Source: Rhodobacterales bacterium
GTDB taxonomy: Bacteria; Pseudomonadota; Alphaproteobacteria; Rhodobacterales; Rhodobacteraceae
Length of the DNA: 44,127 bases
Direction of reading: 5' to 3'
NCBI GenBank assembly: GCA_015654855.1
Contig: JAATGA010000295.1
Coordinates: forward strand, 1-44,127
Shown here: positions 1 through 9,209 of the stretch, piece by piece
Layout of the letters: each line of letters begins with the position of its first letter
Position numbering within the stretch: position 1 is the stretch's first letter
Translations under genes and position numbers: made by a program
Notes under the pieces: generated by a model
Seen by the model: only the letters and a program-made list of their open reading frames with translations
What the model was told of the DNA's origin: nothing
The model's database searches: none

Positions 1-501
1 GCCAGGCGAATGAACAGTGGCCCGCGCAAAGGCCACACGCTGCTTTTCTCCGCCTGAAAGCGCGCCGGCCGGAAGCCGGGCCAGATGCGGCAGGCCCAGA
101 ACCTCCAGCCGTTCTATGGCAAGGCTAAGCGCGGCCCGCGCCGGCATTCCGTCCAGGCGCAACGGCATGGCGATATTGGCGGCGGCCGTCAGGTGATCGA
201 TCAGCGCATAGTCCTGAAACACGAAACCCAGTTTGCGCCGCCGCAACCGCGCCCGGGCCGCATCCGCCACCCGGGCCGGGTCGACGCCGAACAGCCGGAC
301 CTGGCCCGAATCCGGGCGGCGGAAGCCGCTGATCAGTTCCAGCAGCGTGGTCTTGCCCGAACCGCTTTCGCCAAGGATGCAAAGCCGCTCGCCCGGGGCG
401 AGGCAAAGGTCCGCCGCATCGAGGATCCGGCGGCCCGCCGGTCCGCCATGCTGCACGCCGACACGATCCAGCCGCAGAGGAGTGTCCTCTGCCTCACTCA
501 T
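1..501 (-). CDS. ABC transporter ATP-binding protein, MacB/LolD-like nucleotide-binding domain (N-terminal part only; gene runs off the left edge)
   Basis: My own minus-strand translation gives MSEAEDTPLRLDRVGVQHGG...GERLCILGESGSGKTTLLE (Walker A), FVFQDYALIDHLTA and LSGGEKQRVAFARA (ABC signature). The ATG at 499-501 lies 2 nt downstream of the stop (494-496) of the preceding ORF. It is absent from the ORF track because no stop falls inside the window. Confidence 0.85.
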   Translation of the reverse strand, partial: MSEAEDTPLRLDRVGVQHGGPAGRRILDAADLCLAPGERLCILGESGSGKTTLLELISGFRRPDSGQVRLFGVDPARVADAARARLRRRKLGFVFQDYALIDHLTAAANIAMPLRLDGMPARAALSLAIERLEVLGLPHLARLPAGALSGGEKQRVAFARATVHSPG

Positions 502-1741
502 CAGGCGCCGATCCGGCCGCGGGTGTGCACAAAAGCCGCAGACTGGCCCGCATGTGATCGGCGGCCAGGGCGGCACGGCGGCGCGCAATCTTGTCCTGGC
601 GCCCGGCAAGGCGGGCGGCGCAGTCGGTGCCGAAAGGCGGGCGCGGGGCAAAGCGAAGCATTTCCACTTCGGCCTCGGCGATGGCGAGGCGGATCCTGGC
701 ATGGGCAAGCAGGAAGGCGGCCCGGCTTTCATCGGCGGCGATCAGGGCGTTGGCTACCGCGATCCGCGCATTCAGCACCTGACGGTCGCCCCGGCCCTGA
801 TCGACCAGCGGCACCATCAGATTGAGCAGCAACTCCAGTTGCGCCGAATTTTGCCTGCCAAGCTGATTGGGCACGATTCCCGACAGGGCCAGCCATCTTT
901 CGATCCGGGCCGCCGCAAGTCCGCTGAGGGCAATCGCCTGCAAGGCATCATTGCGCGCACGCAAGGCAGAGCCCGCATAGCATTGCGCCGCCTCTCCGAC
1001 CTCCGGAAACTCTGGCGCAAGATCCGCGATCCCCGGGCGCGGCTCCACCTCCGCGCCGCCGGCGCTGTGCGACAGATTCGTCCAGGTTTCCCGGTTCAGC
1101 GCCTTGCGCCCTGCATAAAGTGCCCGGAGCCGGCCAAGTTCGGCCTCTTTGTCGGCAAGCGCCGCGCCCGCGACAGCCCCGTCGGTGAAATCGGCGCGCA
1201 TCTGTTCCAAAAGGCAACTCTCGGCCTCAAGCCGTAGCGCGTCCAGTTCCAGATCCAGTTCCGTGCCAAGCGTGGCGGCCAGCTGGTCCAGCAGATCCTT
1301 TTCCGCCTGCTGCCGGGCCAGTGCACTTTCCTGGACGACGAGCCGGGCAAATTCCTCGGGCGATTTGCGAAACAGCACATAGAGCGCACGCACGAAATCC
1401 CATTCGAGGACGAAGGCATGGTTACGGCCCAGCAGTTCCAGCGCCGCCGGATCGCTGCGCAGACGCAGTGTCCCCTGCATCAGCAGGCTCAGGCGGGGCA
1501 TCGCACCTCGGCGCAACTGGTCGAGTTCCAGCCACATCGCGGCCTCGCGCAGGCGGGCCTGCCGGAAGCCCGGCCCGAAGCGACGCGCGTGCCGGGCAAA
1601 GGGTATGGTTTCGTCATCTTGCGGGCGGGAGATATCCTGGCTGACCTGATCGACCAGCGCCCTGGCACGGTCATAGTCCGGGGCGTGGCAGGCCGCGCCC
1701 AGCAGAAGTGCCAGCGAAAGGACAAGGCCCGGTGGTTTCAT
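494..1741 (-). CDS. TolC-like outer membrane efflux lipoprotein (putative)
   Basis: 415-aa ORF with good GC3 bias. It has a signal peptide with a lipobox-like LLLGAAC, followed by long helical Ala/Leu/Arg/Glu-rich repeats typical of OMF proteins. It sits between an HlyD-like gene (ATGA overlap at 1738-1741) and an ABC ATPase. Confidence 0.55.
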   Translation of the reverse strand: MKPPGLVLSLALLLGAACHAPDYDRARALVDQVSQDISRPQDDETIPFARHARRFGPGFRQARLREAAMWLELDQLRRGAMPRLSLLMQGTLRLRSDPAALELLGRNHAFVLEWDFVRALYVLFRKSPEEFARLVVQESALARQQAEKDLLDQLAATLGTELDLELDALRLEAESCLLEQMRADFTDGAVAGAALADKEAELGRLRALYAGRKALNRETWTNLSHSAGGAEVEPRPGIADLAPEFPEVGEAAQCYAGSALRARNDALQAIALSGLAAARIERWLALSGIVPNQLGRQNSAQLELLLNLMVPLVDQGRGDRQVLNARIAVANALIAADESRAAFLLAHARIRLAIAEAEVEMLRFAPRPPFGTDCAARLAGRQDKIARRRAALAADHMRASLRLLCTPAAGSAPDE

Positions 1742-2757
1742 GGCGCCTCATCCCCGGCAGGCGAGAAGACGCAGCTGGCCGGCTGGGGTTCGGTTTCGCG
1801 CCCGGCGGGGTCGAACCGAATTTCGATCTCATGGGTGCTGCCATCGGGAAGCGCGTTGCGCAGCGCCCGGACGCGCTCGATCCGTCCTTTCAGTTCAGAG
1901 CCATCGGGCGACAGTCTTGCCGTGACCTGCCTGTCGGTGAAAAGCGGCAGATCCCGTGCATGAAGCGGGATCCGCGCGATGAAGAGACAGGGCCTCGCGA
2001 TACTCGCAAGATGATCGCCGCGCCGGATACCGGTGAGACCGCCGGTCGCGAGCGCGGGGGCGATATAGCTGATCACACCGGCTTCGTCGCTGCGCATGAG
2101 CAGCGCATCGCGCGCAGTCTCAAGCGCCTCTCTTTCGGCGGCCAGCATGGCCCGCTCCAGCCGCAACTCGGCCAGCCGCATCGCATGATCCGCGTGCAGA
2201 AGCGTCGCGGCATGGCCGGTCTGATCGGCGGCGCCGCGCAGTTCGGCGAGCTGATCTCCCGCCTGCTCCAGCGTCAGGCGATAAATACGCCCCTCCCGAT
2301 GCCGGGCGGCGAGCAGGCTTTCGTTCTGTTCCGCGCGTTCGAGACGGCGCCCGATGGCACGCGCCTCGGCCGCGAGCCGGGCTTCGGCATCGCGGAAGCT
2401 GGCACCGGCCAGCGCCTCGCGATTCAGCAAGCTTTCCTCGCGCAGACCGAGAATCGAGAGGCGGGCGGCCTCGTCCTCTTCGCGATAGCGCAGCAAGACC
2501 GTGCCGACCTCGACAGAGGCCAGTTCGGTCAGATCCGTGCGCCCCAGACCATCGCGCAGAGCGATCACCGCAGCCTCTGAGGCCCAGATCAGAAAGCAGG
2601 TTCTGTAGGCATCGCGCAGCGCGGCGGCGGCCGGTTCCTCGGCTGGCGGAGCCGGGCGCGCAGCAGCCTCCGCCCGTTCGCCCGGCCGTATCGTCAGGAC
2701 GGCGGCCGCAGCCACACAGATCATGGCAACGGCGCCAATCAACAGGGATCCCCGCAT
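1738..2757 (-). CDS. HlyD-family membrane fusion (periplasmic adaptor) protein
   Basis: 339 aa with an N-terminal TM helix (LLIGAVAMICVAAAAVLTI), a long central coiled-coil (REALETARDALL..., AELRLERAMLAAE) and a C-terminal beta-rich region. It overlaps the downstream OMF gene by 4 nt. Confidence 0.65.
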   Translation of the reverse strand: MRGSLLIGAVAMICVAAAAVLTIRPGERAEAAARPAPPAEEPAAAALRDAYRTCFLIWASEAAVIALRDGLGRTDLTELASVEVGTVLLRYREEDEAARLSILGLREESLLNREALAGASFRDAEARLAAEARAIGRRLERAEQNESLLAARHREGRIYRLTLEQAGDQLAELRGAADQTGHAATLLHADHAMRLAELRLERAMLAAEREALETARDALLMRSDEAGVISYIAPALATGGLTGIRRGDHLASIARPCLFIARIPLHARDLPLFTDRQVTARLSPDGSELKGRIERVRALRNALPDGSTHEIEIRFDPAGRETEPQPASCVFSPAGDEAP

Positions 2758-2771
2758 CCCGGGACCAGAGA

Positions 2772-3116
2772 TCAGGGCGTGCAGCCGATCTGCTGGACCA
2801 TGCTGCGCGCAAGGCTCGCGGCACTGGCATGGTTTTGATAAAGCTGTTCCAGCACGCTGGCCGAGGCGCCGGCCCGGGCGTTCTGAACATAGACCTCATA
2901 ATAGGATTCCGAGGCCTGACAGCTGGTGCGGGTCTGCACGTTGGCGCAGTTGGCCGGGCAGGTATAGGCGCGCTGGAGGACAGCCGCACTCCCGCCGCCA
3001 CCGCTGCCGCTGCCGCCGGAGCTCCAGTCGGCATCGGTCGAGGTGTCGCCGGATTCGTAGCAGCCGGCCAGAATGATCGCCGTGCTCAGCGTGGCTGCGA
3101 TTTTCATCAAACGCAT
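2772..3116 (-). CDS. small secreted Cys-rich lipoprotein, unknown family
   Basis: 114 aa. MRLMKIAATLSTAIILAGC is a signal peptide with a LAGC lipobox, followed by a Gly/Ser linker (SSGGSGSGGGGS) and a ~70-aa domain with 4 Cys. Codon bias is good. It ends 14 nt upstream of the HlyD-like gene, so it is the first gene of the export operon. Confidence 0.6.
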   Translation of the reverse strand: MRLMKIAATLSTAIILAGCYESGDTSTDADWSSGGSGSGGGGSAAVLQRAYTCPANCANVQTRTSCQASESYYEVYVQNARAGASASVLEQLYQNHASAASLARSMVQQIGCTP

Positions 3117-3358
3117 CGAGAAAGTTCCCTGTAACGGGCCCGCCGGTCTGATGGCGCGAAAGCACCGTAAAACCGGACAAGGGCATGGCTGTCACGTCAG
3201 CGATAGTCTCTGACCGGGGGCCGGGAACCACCCAAACGGGTGAAAAATCTGCCATCTCAGGCAAAAGAGACGCGGCCGCAAGGACCCTCACCCGTTCAGG
3301 TGAAGCCTGGTGGCGCCGTTATTGCCAGACTTAGCCGATACGAAACGGAGCCTGGGTC

Positions 3359-4441
3359 TCAATCATGGTGAAACATGTCCCCGGCCAGTCCCGTGGCAAT
3401 CCGCACGAGATGGGCCTGTCCTTCGGCGCCCGTCTTGGAAAAGACCGCCTTGAGCTGGCTGCGCACGGTTTCAACCGACAGGCCCGCCGCCCGCGCGATC
3501 CCGGCAGGGCGCTGGCCATCGAGAATGGCCGCCGCGACCCGGGCCTCGGCCCGGGTAAGGCCGAAGCGTTTCGCAAGCTCTGCCGCATCCCATGCCCGAC
3601 GCGCGAAGATCACCGCTACCATGCTGCCGCTGAAGAAGGCCGAGGCTTCGCCATTGCCGAGAGGCAGAAGCGTGACCTCGATTCCGGCGCGGATCATGGT
3701 GACGGGGCACAGCCCGGCGCCACCGGTCAGCATCCGCTGAAACGCGTCTTGCAGATCGGAATCGCGAAACCGCAGCACCTGCCCCGGCCCAAGCCCCGCC
3801 AGCCCGCCGCCGTCGAGAATATCCGTAGCGCCGGGGCTGGCATAAGCCACCTTGCCAACCACATCGGTGAGCGCCACCGCCATTCCTGCCCGCTCGCCCA
3901 GATGGGCCGAAAGTTCCGAGCCGAGGCCGCCCAACCGGTGGCGACGGTAGAAATCCGAAGCCCGGCGCAGATGCGGCGCCAGCCGGGTGAGAAGACCGGC
4001 GCGGACAAGATTGCGCTCTTCGTTCGTGTCGCCGCTGAGGGTGGACATCAGCAGGAAGCGGCCATCGTGGCCTTCGATGGTGACGCCCACGCCGGTTTCC
4101 AGATCGTAGCGGTTCAGGAAGTCGTTGTAGTATTCGGTCCGGCGAAACCGATCGCGCGCGACGATCTGCTCGCCCAGGATCGCCGTTCCGATCGGCGTCC
4201 GGCCGACTTGCCACATCCAGGGATTCAGCGGGCCGAAATGGCTGAGATAATCGCGCTGCGCGGCCTCGGGAATGCCGGTCTGCAACGTGATCGCGCCTTT
4301 GCCGCTCGGGGCATCGTGAAAGAACAGCGTCGCGCATTCCACATCCGCCAGCAGGGCGAAACGGTCCACGAAATCCTGCCAGCCCGTCTCGCCCAGCAAT
4401 GCCGCATAGAGGACCGGCACCAGTTCTGCCGACGTATCCAT
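3359..4441 (-). CDS. LuxR-family helix-turn-helix transcriptional regulator
   Basis: The C-terminus LTRAEARVAAAILDGQRPAGIARAAGLSVETVRSQLKAVFSKTGAEGQAHLV is a LuxR/FixJ-type HTH. The N-terminal ~280 aa form a sensor-like domain. I chose the ATG at 4441 (MDTSAELVPV...) over the TTG at 4480 because an AGGA lies upstream. Confidence 0.8.
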   Translation of the reverse strand: MDTSAELVPVLYAALLGETGWQDFVDRFALLADVECATLFFHDAPSGKGAITLQTGIPEAAQRDYLSHFGPLNPWMWQVGRTPIGTAILGEQIVARDRFRRTEYYNDFLNRYDLETGVGVTIEGHDGRFLLMSTLSGDTNEERNLVRAGLLTRLAPHLRRASDFYRRHRLGGLGSELSAHLGERAGMAVALTDVVGKVAYASPGATDILDGGGLAGLGPGQVLRFRDSDLQDAFQRMLTGGAGLCPVTMIRAGIEVTLLPLGNGEASAFFSGSMVAVIFARRAWDAAELAKRFGLTRAEARVAAAILDGQRPAGIARAAGLSVETVRSQLKAVFSKTGAEGQAHLVRIATGLAGDMFHHD

Positions 4442-4509
4442 TTCAGGAGCGTTCCTGCTTCTTCCCACGTTGGACAGCAATCTTCTGCTAAAAAATCAAG
4501 AAAGGAAAT

Positions 4510-4908
4510 ATGATGCGATATTCGTTCCTTGGCCTGGCCCTCGTGCTGATGGCCGCTGCCGGCTGCGTCGATATGGAGGGGGATGGCCGGCTGACCCATT
4601 CCGATCACCGGCTGACGGCAGGAGAAAAGGCCGGGATCGAGGCGGGGATGGCCAGCTATCTGAAAGGGCCGGTGCAGTTGAGTGGCCTTCGCGCCGCCTA
4701 CAACCTGAGCGACGGCAGCGTGCCGGTCTGCGGCTATGTTGCAATAATGAAGGACGGCCGCCCGACGACACCAGCCCTGTTTGCCGGCACGCTCACCTCG
4801 CCTGCCGGCCGAACGTTCATGCCTTATCGGGCGCCCGGTGCCGGCCAGGACCCGCAACGCACCGCAACAGTGCGCGCCTTCTGTCAGAGCCACCATATCG
4901 TGATCTGA
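4510..4908 (+). CDS. hypothetical lipoprotein
   Basis: 132 aa. MMRYSFLGLALVLMAAAGC is a lipoprotein signal peptide. AAGGAAAT RBS lies upstream. GC3 is high throughout. Confidence 0.65.
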   Translation: MMRYSFLGLALVLMAAAGCVDMEGDGRLTHSDHRLTAGEKAGIEAGMASYLKGPVQLSGLRAAYNLSDGSVPVCGYVAIMKDGRPTTPALFAGTLTSPAGRTFMPYRAPGAGQDPQRTATVRAFCQSHHIVI

Positions 4909-5020
4909 CAGGGTCCGGGCTGTCGGGTGCGTGCGGGGCGGATGCCTGGAACGAGGCACCCGGGCGTGCCGTCGCTGCGCACCGCTGTCAGACTGCTTTC
5001 CGCCATTGGTTCTATGTGCT

Positions 5021-5230
5021 TCAACCGCCAGACTTCCGCTCCGCAGCCTCTCGGGCGGCGCGGATTTCGTCGACGCTCTGCGTCGGTAGCGCAACTGTGC
5101 GGCCACATTGATAGCAGGCAGCCGCCAACACACCCTCGACTGACCCGACTCCGTCACTGAAGGGGGGATTGCGATAGGCGAGGGTCGTCGTCACCTGTGT
5201 GCCGCAACCCCGACATATCGCCCCCTCCAT
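5021..5230 (-). CDS. small zinc-ribbon protein (CxxC...CxxC, YgiT/MqsA-N-like), hypothetical
   Basis: 69 aa with CRGC near the N-terminus and CYQC about 34 residues later. GC3 is lower than in neighbouring genes and no clear RBS is present, so coding status is uncertain. Confidence 0.35.
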   Translation of the reverse strand: MEGAICRGCGTQVTTTLAYRNPPFSDGVGSVEGVLAAACYQCGRTVALPTQSVDEIRAAREAAERKSGG

Positions 5231-5431
5231 AGGTTTTCAGGATGTTTTCCTCTGATCTGTCGATCTCCGGCTTCGCCGTGATCGGCCAGGTGGATGCCTG
5301 GCAGCGTAGCATCGCCGCCCGATCCGGTATCGTTCAATGCAAGGCTCGCATCGTTTCCAGATCGACAGCACGTTGCAGCATGCGGATGGCGGCCCGCAGG
5401 CTCGGGCGATGTTCGCGCGGCGAGGGATGCG

Positions 5432-6100
5432 TCAACGCCTCGGCGATCGCTTCGATGGCCACATGGGCAGGGCGCACCTTGCGCCTCCGAGACGGACGAA
5501 GCCCGTTAAATCCTCGAGGGTCAGCTCACGAAGACGGATCGGCGGGCAGCGGCTCGGAAGTGGCTCGGCAACAACCGATAGTTGTTCGAGGTCGGCACCC
5601 GGATCCACCCAGCCCATATCGAACTTCACCTCATAGAACGGACAGATCCATGCGCTGGCGCGGGTCGGCTCGAGCAGCGAAAACAAGGATTCCGCCAGGT
5701 TGAAGGATTGCCCCTTGGTCGAGATCGCACGCCCGACCTTTTCCACTTCGTAGACAACGACAACAGGATTGCCGACGCGATGTTGCCGGATCGTGTTGAT
5801 CAGTCGCCCAGGCACCGAGTTCCCCCAAGCACGCTGGCTGCCGACCAAGCAAAAGGGGGCGTTCTCGGTGATCGCCTCAAGCACCATAGCGGGCACCGAA
5901 AGCAGGGCGCGGAGGTGGCGTGCCCAATGACTCTTGCCGATGCCGGGAGGGGCGTCGAGCAGGATCGGAGGTAAGGCGAAAACCCGGCGCTCCACGCGCC
6001 GCGTTTCGACTTCGACGATGCGGTGCTCGGCGATGGCATCCGCCTGTGGAACCGGCTGATCGGCAGCGCGCTGGCGACCTGAAAGCGGCCAGATCGACAT
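5432..6100 (-). CDS. Lon-type AAA+ ATPase module, degenerate and possibly frameshifted (a tail may continue to 5334 in another frame)
   Basis: Walker A LLDAPPGIGKSHWA is present. The sequence is colinear with the Lon AAA module as I recall it (GSxR..G..PGRLI....VGNPvvvv.E.EK...LLEP). The Walker B Asp is replaced (VVVVYEVEK). The ORF stops at 5432, but a coding-like 63-codon frame (…RKVRPAHVAIEAIAEALTHPSPREHRPSLRAAIRMLQRAVDLETMRALH*) is open from 5525 to 5337 (stop at 5334-5336), overlapping it. Confidence 0.5.
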   Translation of the reverse strand: MSIWPLSGRQRAADQPVPQADAIAEHRIVEVETRRVERRVFALPPILLDAPPGIGKSHWARHLRALLSVPAMVLEAITENAPFCLVGSQRAWGNSVPGRLINTIRQHRVGNPVVVVYEVEKVGRAISTKGQSFNLAESLFSLLEPTRASAWICPFYEVKFDMGWVDPGADLEQLSVVAEPLPSRCPPIRLRELTLEDLTGFVRLGGARCALPMWPSKRSPRR

Positions 6101-6465
6101 CGACGGCGGTCGGCCGCCAGGCGGGTCAGGGTGCTGTCCCAAGGATCCCCTCCGCACTGCCCGAACGACACCGGATGCGCAAACACCGCATGAACGCCGG
6201 TTATGGATAACCGGTCGGCTGACCCCGCCCGACAGGCGACCCCCAGCTGCGCCGTTTTCAGTTCCCCGCCTGCCGACAACCGGCTTGACAGATCACTCGT
6301 TTGAAATAAATATCATAACTGTGATTAATTACATTCAGCTTGGAATGGTCGCCTTGGATCGGCGCCTTGGGTGTCGGTCAAAAACCCTGCCGGATAGCGG
6401 AAGAGGAGCCGCTGATCGTCAGGCCAGCAAAGTCTCCGGCGACGGGCCGGAAGAGGGAGGAATAT

Positions 6466-7440
6466 ATGAGAAAGTTCACGCGCCTTTGCGCGGCGGCCGC
6501 CTTTGCCGCAGCATCCGTATCAGCTCCGTTCGCCGCACAGGCGCAGCAGGAACTGCCGAAACTCAAGGACGAATATCGCTTCGTGATGATTCCGGTCCTG
6601 GCTCAGGCCTGGTTCGACATCGTTCATGATGCGGCGGCGAAATCGGCCGACAATCTGTCGCAACAGCTGGGCACCAGGATCGTCATCGACTATCAGGCCC
6701 CCGCCTCGGCCGACCTCGTCGAGCAGAACACCCTGCTGGAACGCGCCATCGCCACCAATCCCGACGGCATCGCCATCGACGCCATTGATGTGAACGCCAG
6801 CATGCCGATCATCAATGAGGCGCGCGAGCGCGGCATCCCGATCGTGCTGTTCGTCTCGACCGCGCCGCAAGGCTCGCAGCTCACCTATATCTCCAACGAT
6901 TTCAAGGTACAGGGCCGCATCCTGGGGGAGGAACTGATCAAGCGCATGGGCGAGACCGGCAAGGTCGCGATCATGCACGGCGTGCCGACGAACTCGGCCC
7001 ATGCCGACCGCTACGATGCGCTGGTCGAGCTGTTCGGCACCTATCCGGGGATCGAGGTGGTCGATACCGCCTATGACATGGACGATGTGCAGAAGGCGCA
7101 GACCGAGGCCTCGCGCATTCTTGCCGCCCATCCCGACCTGAACGCCATCGCGGTGGTGGATGCGGCCGGTCCCGTCGGCGTGGGCCTTGCCCTGCGCGAG
7201 GCGAACCGCGTCGGCGAGGTGAAATACGTCGGCATCGACGACGTGCCCCAGTTGCAGGAGCTGATGCGGGACGGCGTGCTCGACCTGTCGATCGCTACCC
7301 GGCCGCGGATGATCGGCCAATGGACGACGATCACCCTGCTGCTGCAGAACCTCGGCGTCACCACGCCCAGCCGGATCGACACCGGCATCGGCTACATGAC
7401 CCCCGATCTGGTCAAGAACGGCAATATCGACGGCTTCTGA
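6466..7440 (+). CDS. sugar ABC transporter substrate-binding protein (periplasmic binding protein type I, LsrB/RbsB-like)
   Basis: MRKFTRLCAAAAFAAASVSAPFAAQAQ is a signal peptide. GGGAGG RBS lies 6 nt upstream of the ATG at 6466. It is the first gene of a transporter operon. Confidence 0.85.
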   Translation: MRKFTRLCAAAAFAAASVSAPFAAQAQQELPKLKDEYRFVMIPVLAQAWFDIVHDAAAKSADNLSQQLGTRIVIDYQAPASADLVEQNTLLERAIATNPDGIAIDAIDVNASMPIINEARERGIPIVLFVSTAPQGSQLTYISNDFKVQGRILGEELIKRMGETGKVAIMHGVPTNSAHADRYDALVELFGTYPGIEVVDTAYDMDDVQKAQTEASRILAAHPDLNAIAVVDAAGPVGVGLALREANRVGEVKYVGIDDVPQLQELMRDGVLDLSIATRPRMIGQWTTITLLLQNLGVTTPSRIDTGIGYMTPDLVKNGNIDGF

Positions 7441-7599
7441 TACCTGCCGCCCGACGCGATGGTCCCGGGCGGCGGCGCATGGCCGCCGCCCGGGACCAGC
7501 CGAGCCAATTCCTGTGAACGAACCCTGCTCCGCCCCCGGCGACAGCCGGCTGCGATGCGCCGGCGCGCGGATGATGCCCGGGGAAGGATGGAGATTGCC

Positions 7600-9162
7600 A
7601 TGACGCTGCTGCGAGCCGAAAACCTGACGAAATCCTATCCCGGCGTGGTCGCGCTGAAGGACGTGTCGATCGCCGTCGAACCCGGCCATGTGCATTGCAT
7701 CGTGGGCGAGAACGGCGCGGGCAAGAGCACGCTGGTCAAGACACTGACCGGCCTTGTCACCCCCGACAGCGGACGGCTGATCGTCTGCGACGAGGATACG
7801 ACCGGCCGCGCCTCATCCGCCATCGCCTATGTGCCGCAGGAGCTGAACCTCTTCGACAACATGACGGTGGCCGAGAACATCTTTTTGCCCGCGGGCGCTG
7901 GCGGCGGGCGGTCGCGCTTCTTCGACCCGCGCCGTTGCAACGCGGCCGCCCTGCCGGTGATGCAGCGGCTGCGCATGTCCTGCCAGCCCGGCGATCTGGC
8001 CCGCGACATCACCGTGGCAGAACGCCAGTTGTTGCAGATCGCCCGGGCGCTGGCGGTCGATGATTTCAAGGTGCTGATCCTCGACGAGCCCACGGCCGCG
8101 CTGACCCGGCCCGAGATCGGGCGCCTCTTCGCCGTGATCGGCGAGCTGACCGCACAGGGCCGTTCCGTCATCTTCATCACCCATCGTCTCGACGAGGTGC
8201 TGCATCTGCACAGCGCCATCACCGTGCTGCGCAACGGCGAGGTCGTGGGCCATGTCGACAAGACCAGCAACGAGATCATCGACGAGGCCTGGATCGTGCG
8301 CGCCATGACCGGCAAGGGCATCGACCTCGGACATCTCTGGCGCCCGCGCCAGCCGCGCGGCGAGCGGCTGATGGAAGTGCGCGGCCTGTCGGGCAAGGGC
8401 TTCCGCGACATAAGCTTCGATCTGCACGAGGGCGAGGTTCTGGGCTTTGCCGGCCTTGTCGGCGCCGGCCGGTCCGAGATCGCGCAGACCATCTTCGGCT
8501 TCCTGCGCGGCGGCTCGGGCGAGGTGCGCTATCGCGGCCAGCCCTGGCGGCTCGGAGATCCGCGCCGCGCCATCGCCAACGGCGTCATCTATCTGTCGGA
8601 AGAGCGCAAAAGCCACGGCATCTTCGCCAATCTGCCCGTGCGCGAGAATGTCGGCATCGGCCTTCTGCACCGCCTGTCGAAGGGCGGGATCGTCTCGCCC
8701 GCCCGCGAAAGGGCGACCACGCTGCAAATCGTCGCCGACTACAACGTCAGGACCGCCTCGACCGAAACCAGGATCCGCAACCTCAGCGGCGGCAACCAGC
8801 AAAAGATCCTGATCGGCCGCGGCCTGATGGCGGGTCCCCGGATCATGTTCCTCGACGAGCCGACGCGCGGCATCGACGTTGGTGCCAAGGCCGACGTCTA
8901 TGCCCTGATCCGGCGGATCGCCGAAGAGGAACGGATGGGCATCGTGCTGATTTCCTCCGAGATGGAGGAGATCCTGCGCTGCTGCAACCGGGTGGTCGCG
9001 CTCTATGACGGCTCGGTCAGCGCCGAGATCGGCGAGGACGAGCTGGACATGGCCACCGTGCTGGCCGCGATCATGGATGCGGGGCCGGCCAGGGGGGACA
9101 AGCGTGGCGCCACCGGGCGACCGCAGGACGACATCGCCGCGGCGCGGGGGCTGGCGGTCTGA
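7600..9162 (+). CDS. sugar ABC transporter ATP-binding protein (two fused NBDs, CUT2 type)
   Basis: GENGAGKST Walker A is in NBD1, with LDEPTAAL and LSGGNQQK...FLDEPTRGID in NBD2. Start taken at MTLLRAENLTKSYPGV with GGAG 6 nt upstream. Confidence 0.9.
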   Translation: MTLLRAENLTKSYPGVVALKDVSIAVEPGHVHCIVGENGAGKSTLVKTLTGLVTPDSGRLIVCDEDTTGRASSAIAYVPQELNLFDNMTVAENIFLPAGAGGGRSRFFDPRRCNAAALPVMQRLRMSCQPGDLARDITVAERQLLQIARALAVDDFKVLILDEPTAALTRPEIGRLFAVIGELTAQGRSVIFITHRLDEVLHLHSAITVLRNGEVVGHVDKTSNEIIDEAWIVRAMTGKGIDLGHLWRPRQPRGERLMEVRGLSGKGFRDISFDLHEGEVLGFAGLVGAGRSEIAQTIFGFLRGGSGEVRYRGQPWRLGDPRRAIANGVIYLSEERKSHGIFANLPVRENVGIGLLHRLSKGGIVSPARERATTLQIVADYNVRTASTETRIRNLSGGNQQKILIGRGLMAGPRIMFLDEPTRGIDVGAKADVYALIRRIAEEERMGIVLISSEMEEILRCCNRVVALYDGSVSAEIGEDELDMATVLAAIMDAGPARGDKRGATGRPQDDIAAARGLAV

Positions 9163-9209
9163 GGACCGCGCCTCGGGAACGCCCGGCAAAAGCAAGGGAG
9201 AGGAACATC

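Noticed and set aside
2979-3020. The GGSGSGGGGS segment in the small lipoprotein as a sign of an engineered or synthetic linker.
   Set aside because: Gly/Ser tethers after the lipobox Cys are common in natural lipoproteins. The codon usage matches the surrounding genome.
6197-6214. TTATCCATA (on the minus strand), inside the 8-2-8 palindrome, as a DnaA box or origin.
   Set aside because: It is a single near-match with no neighbouring boxes or AT-rich unwinding element. It fits better as a local operator for the adjacent divergent promoters.
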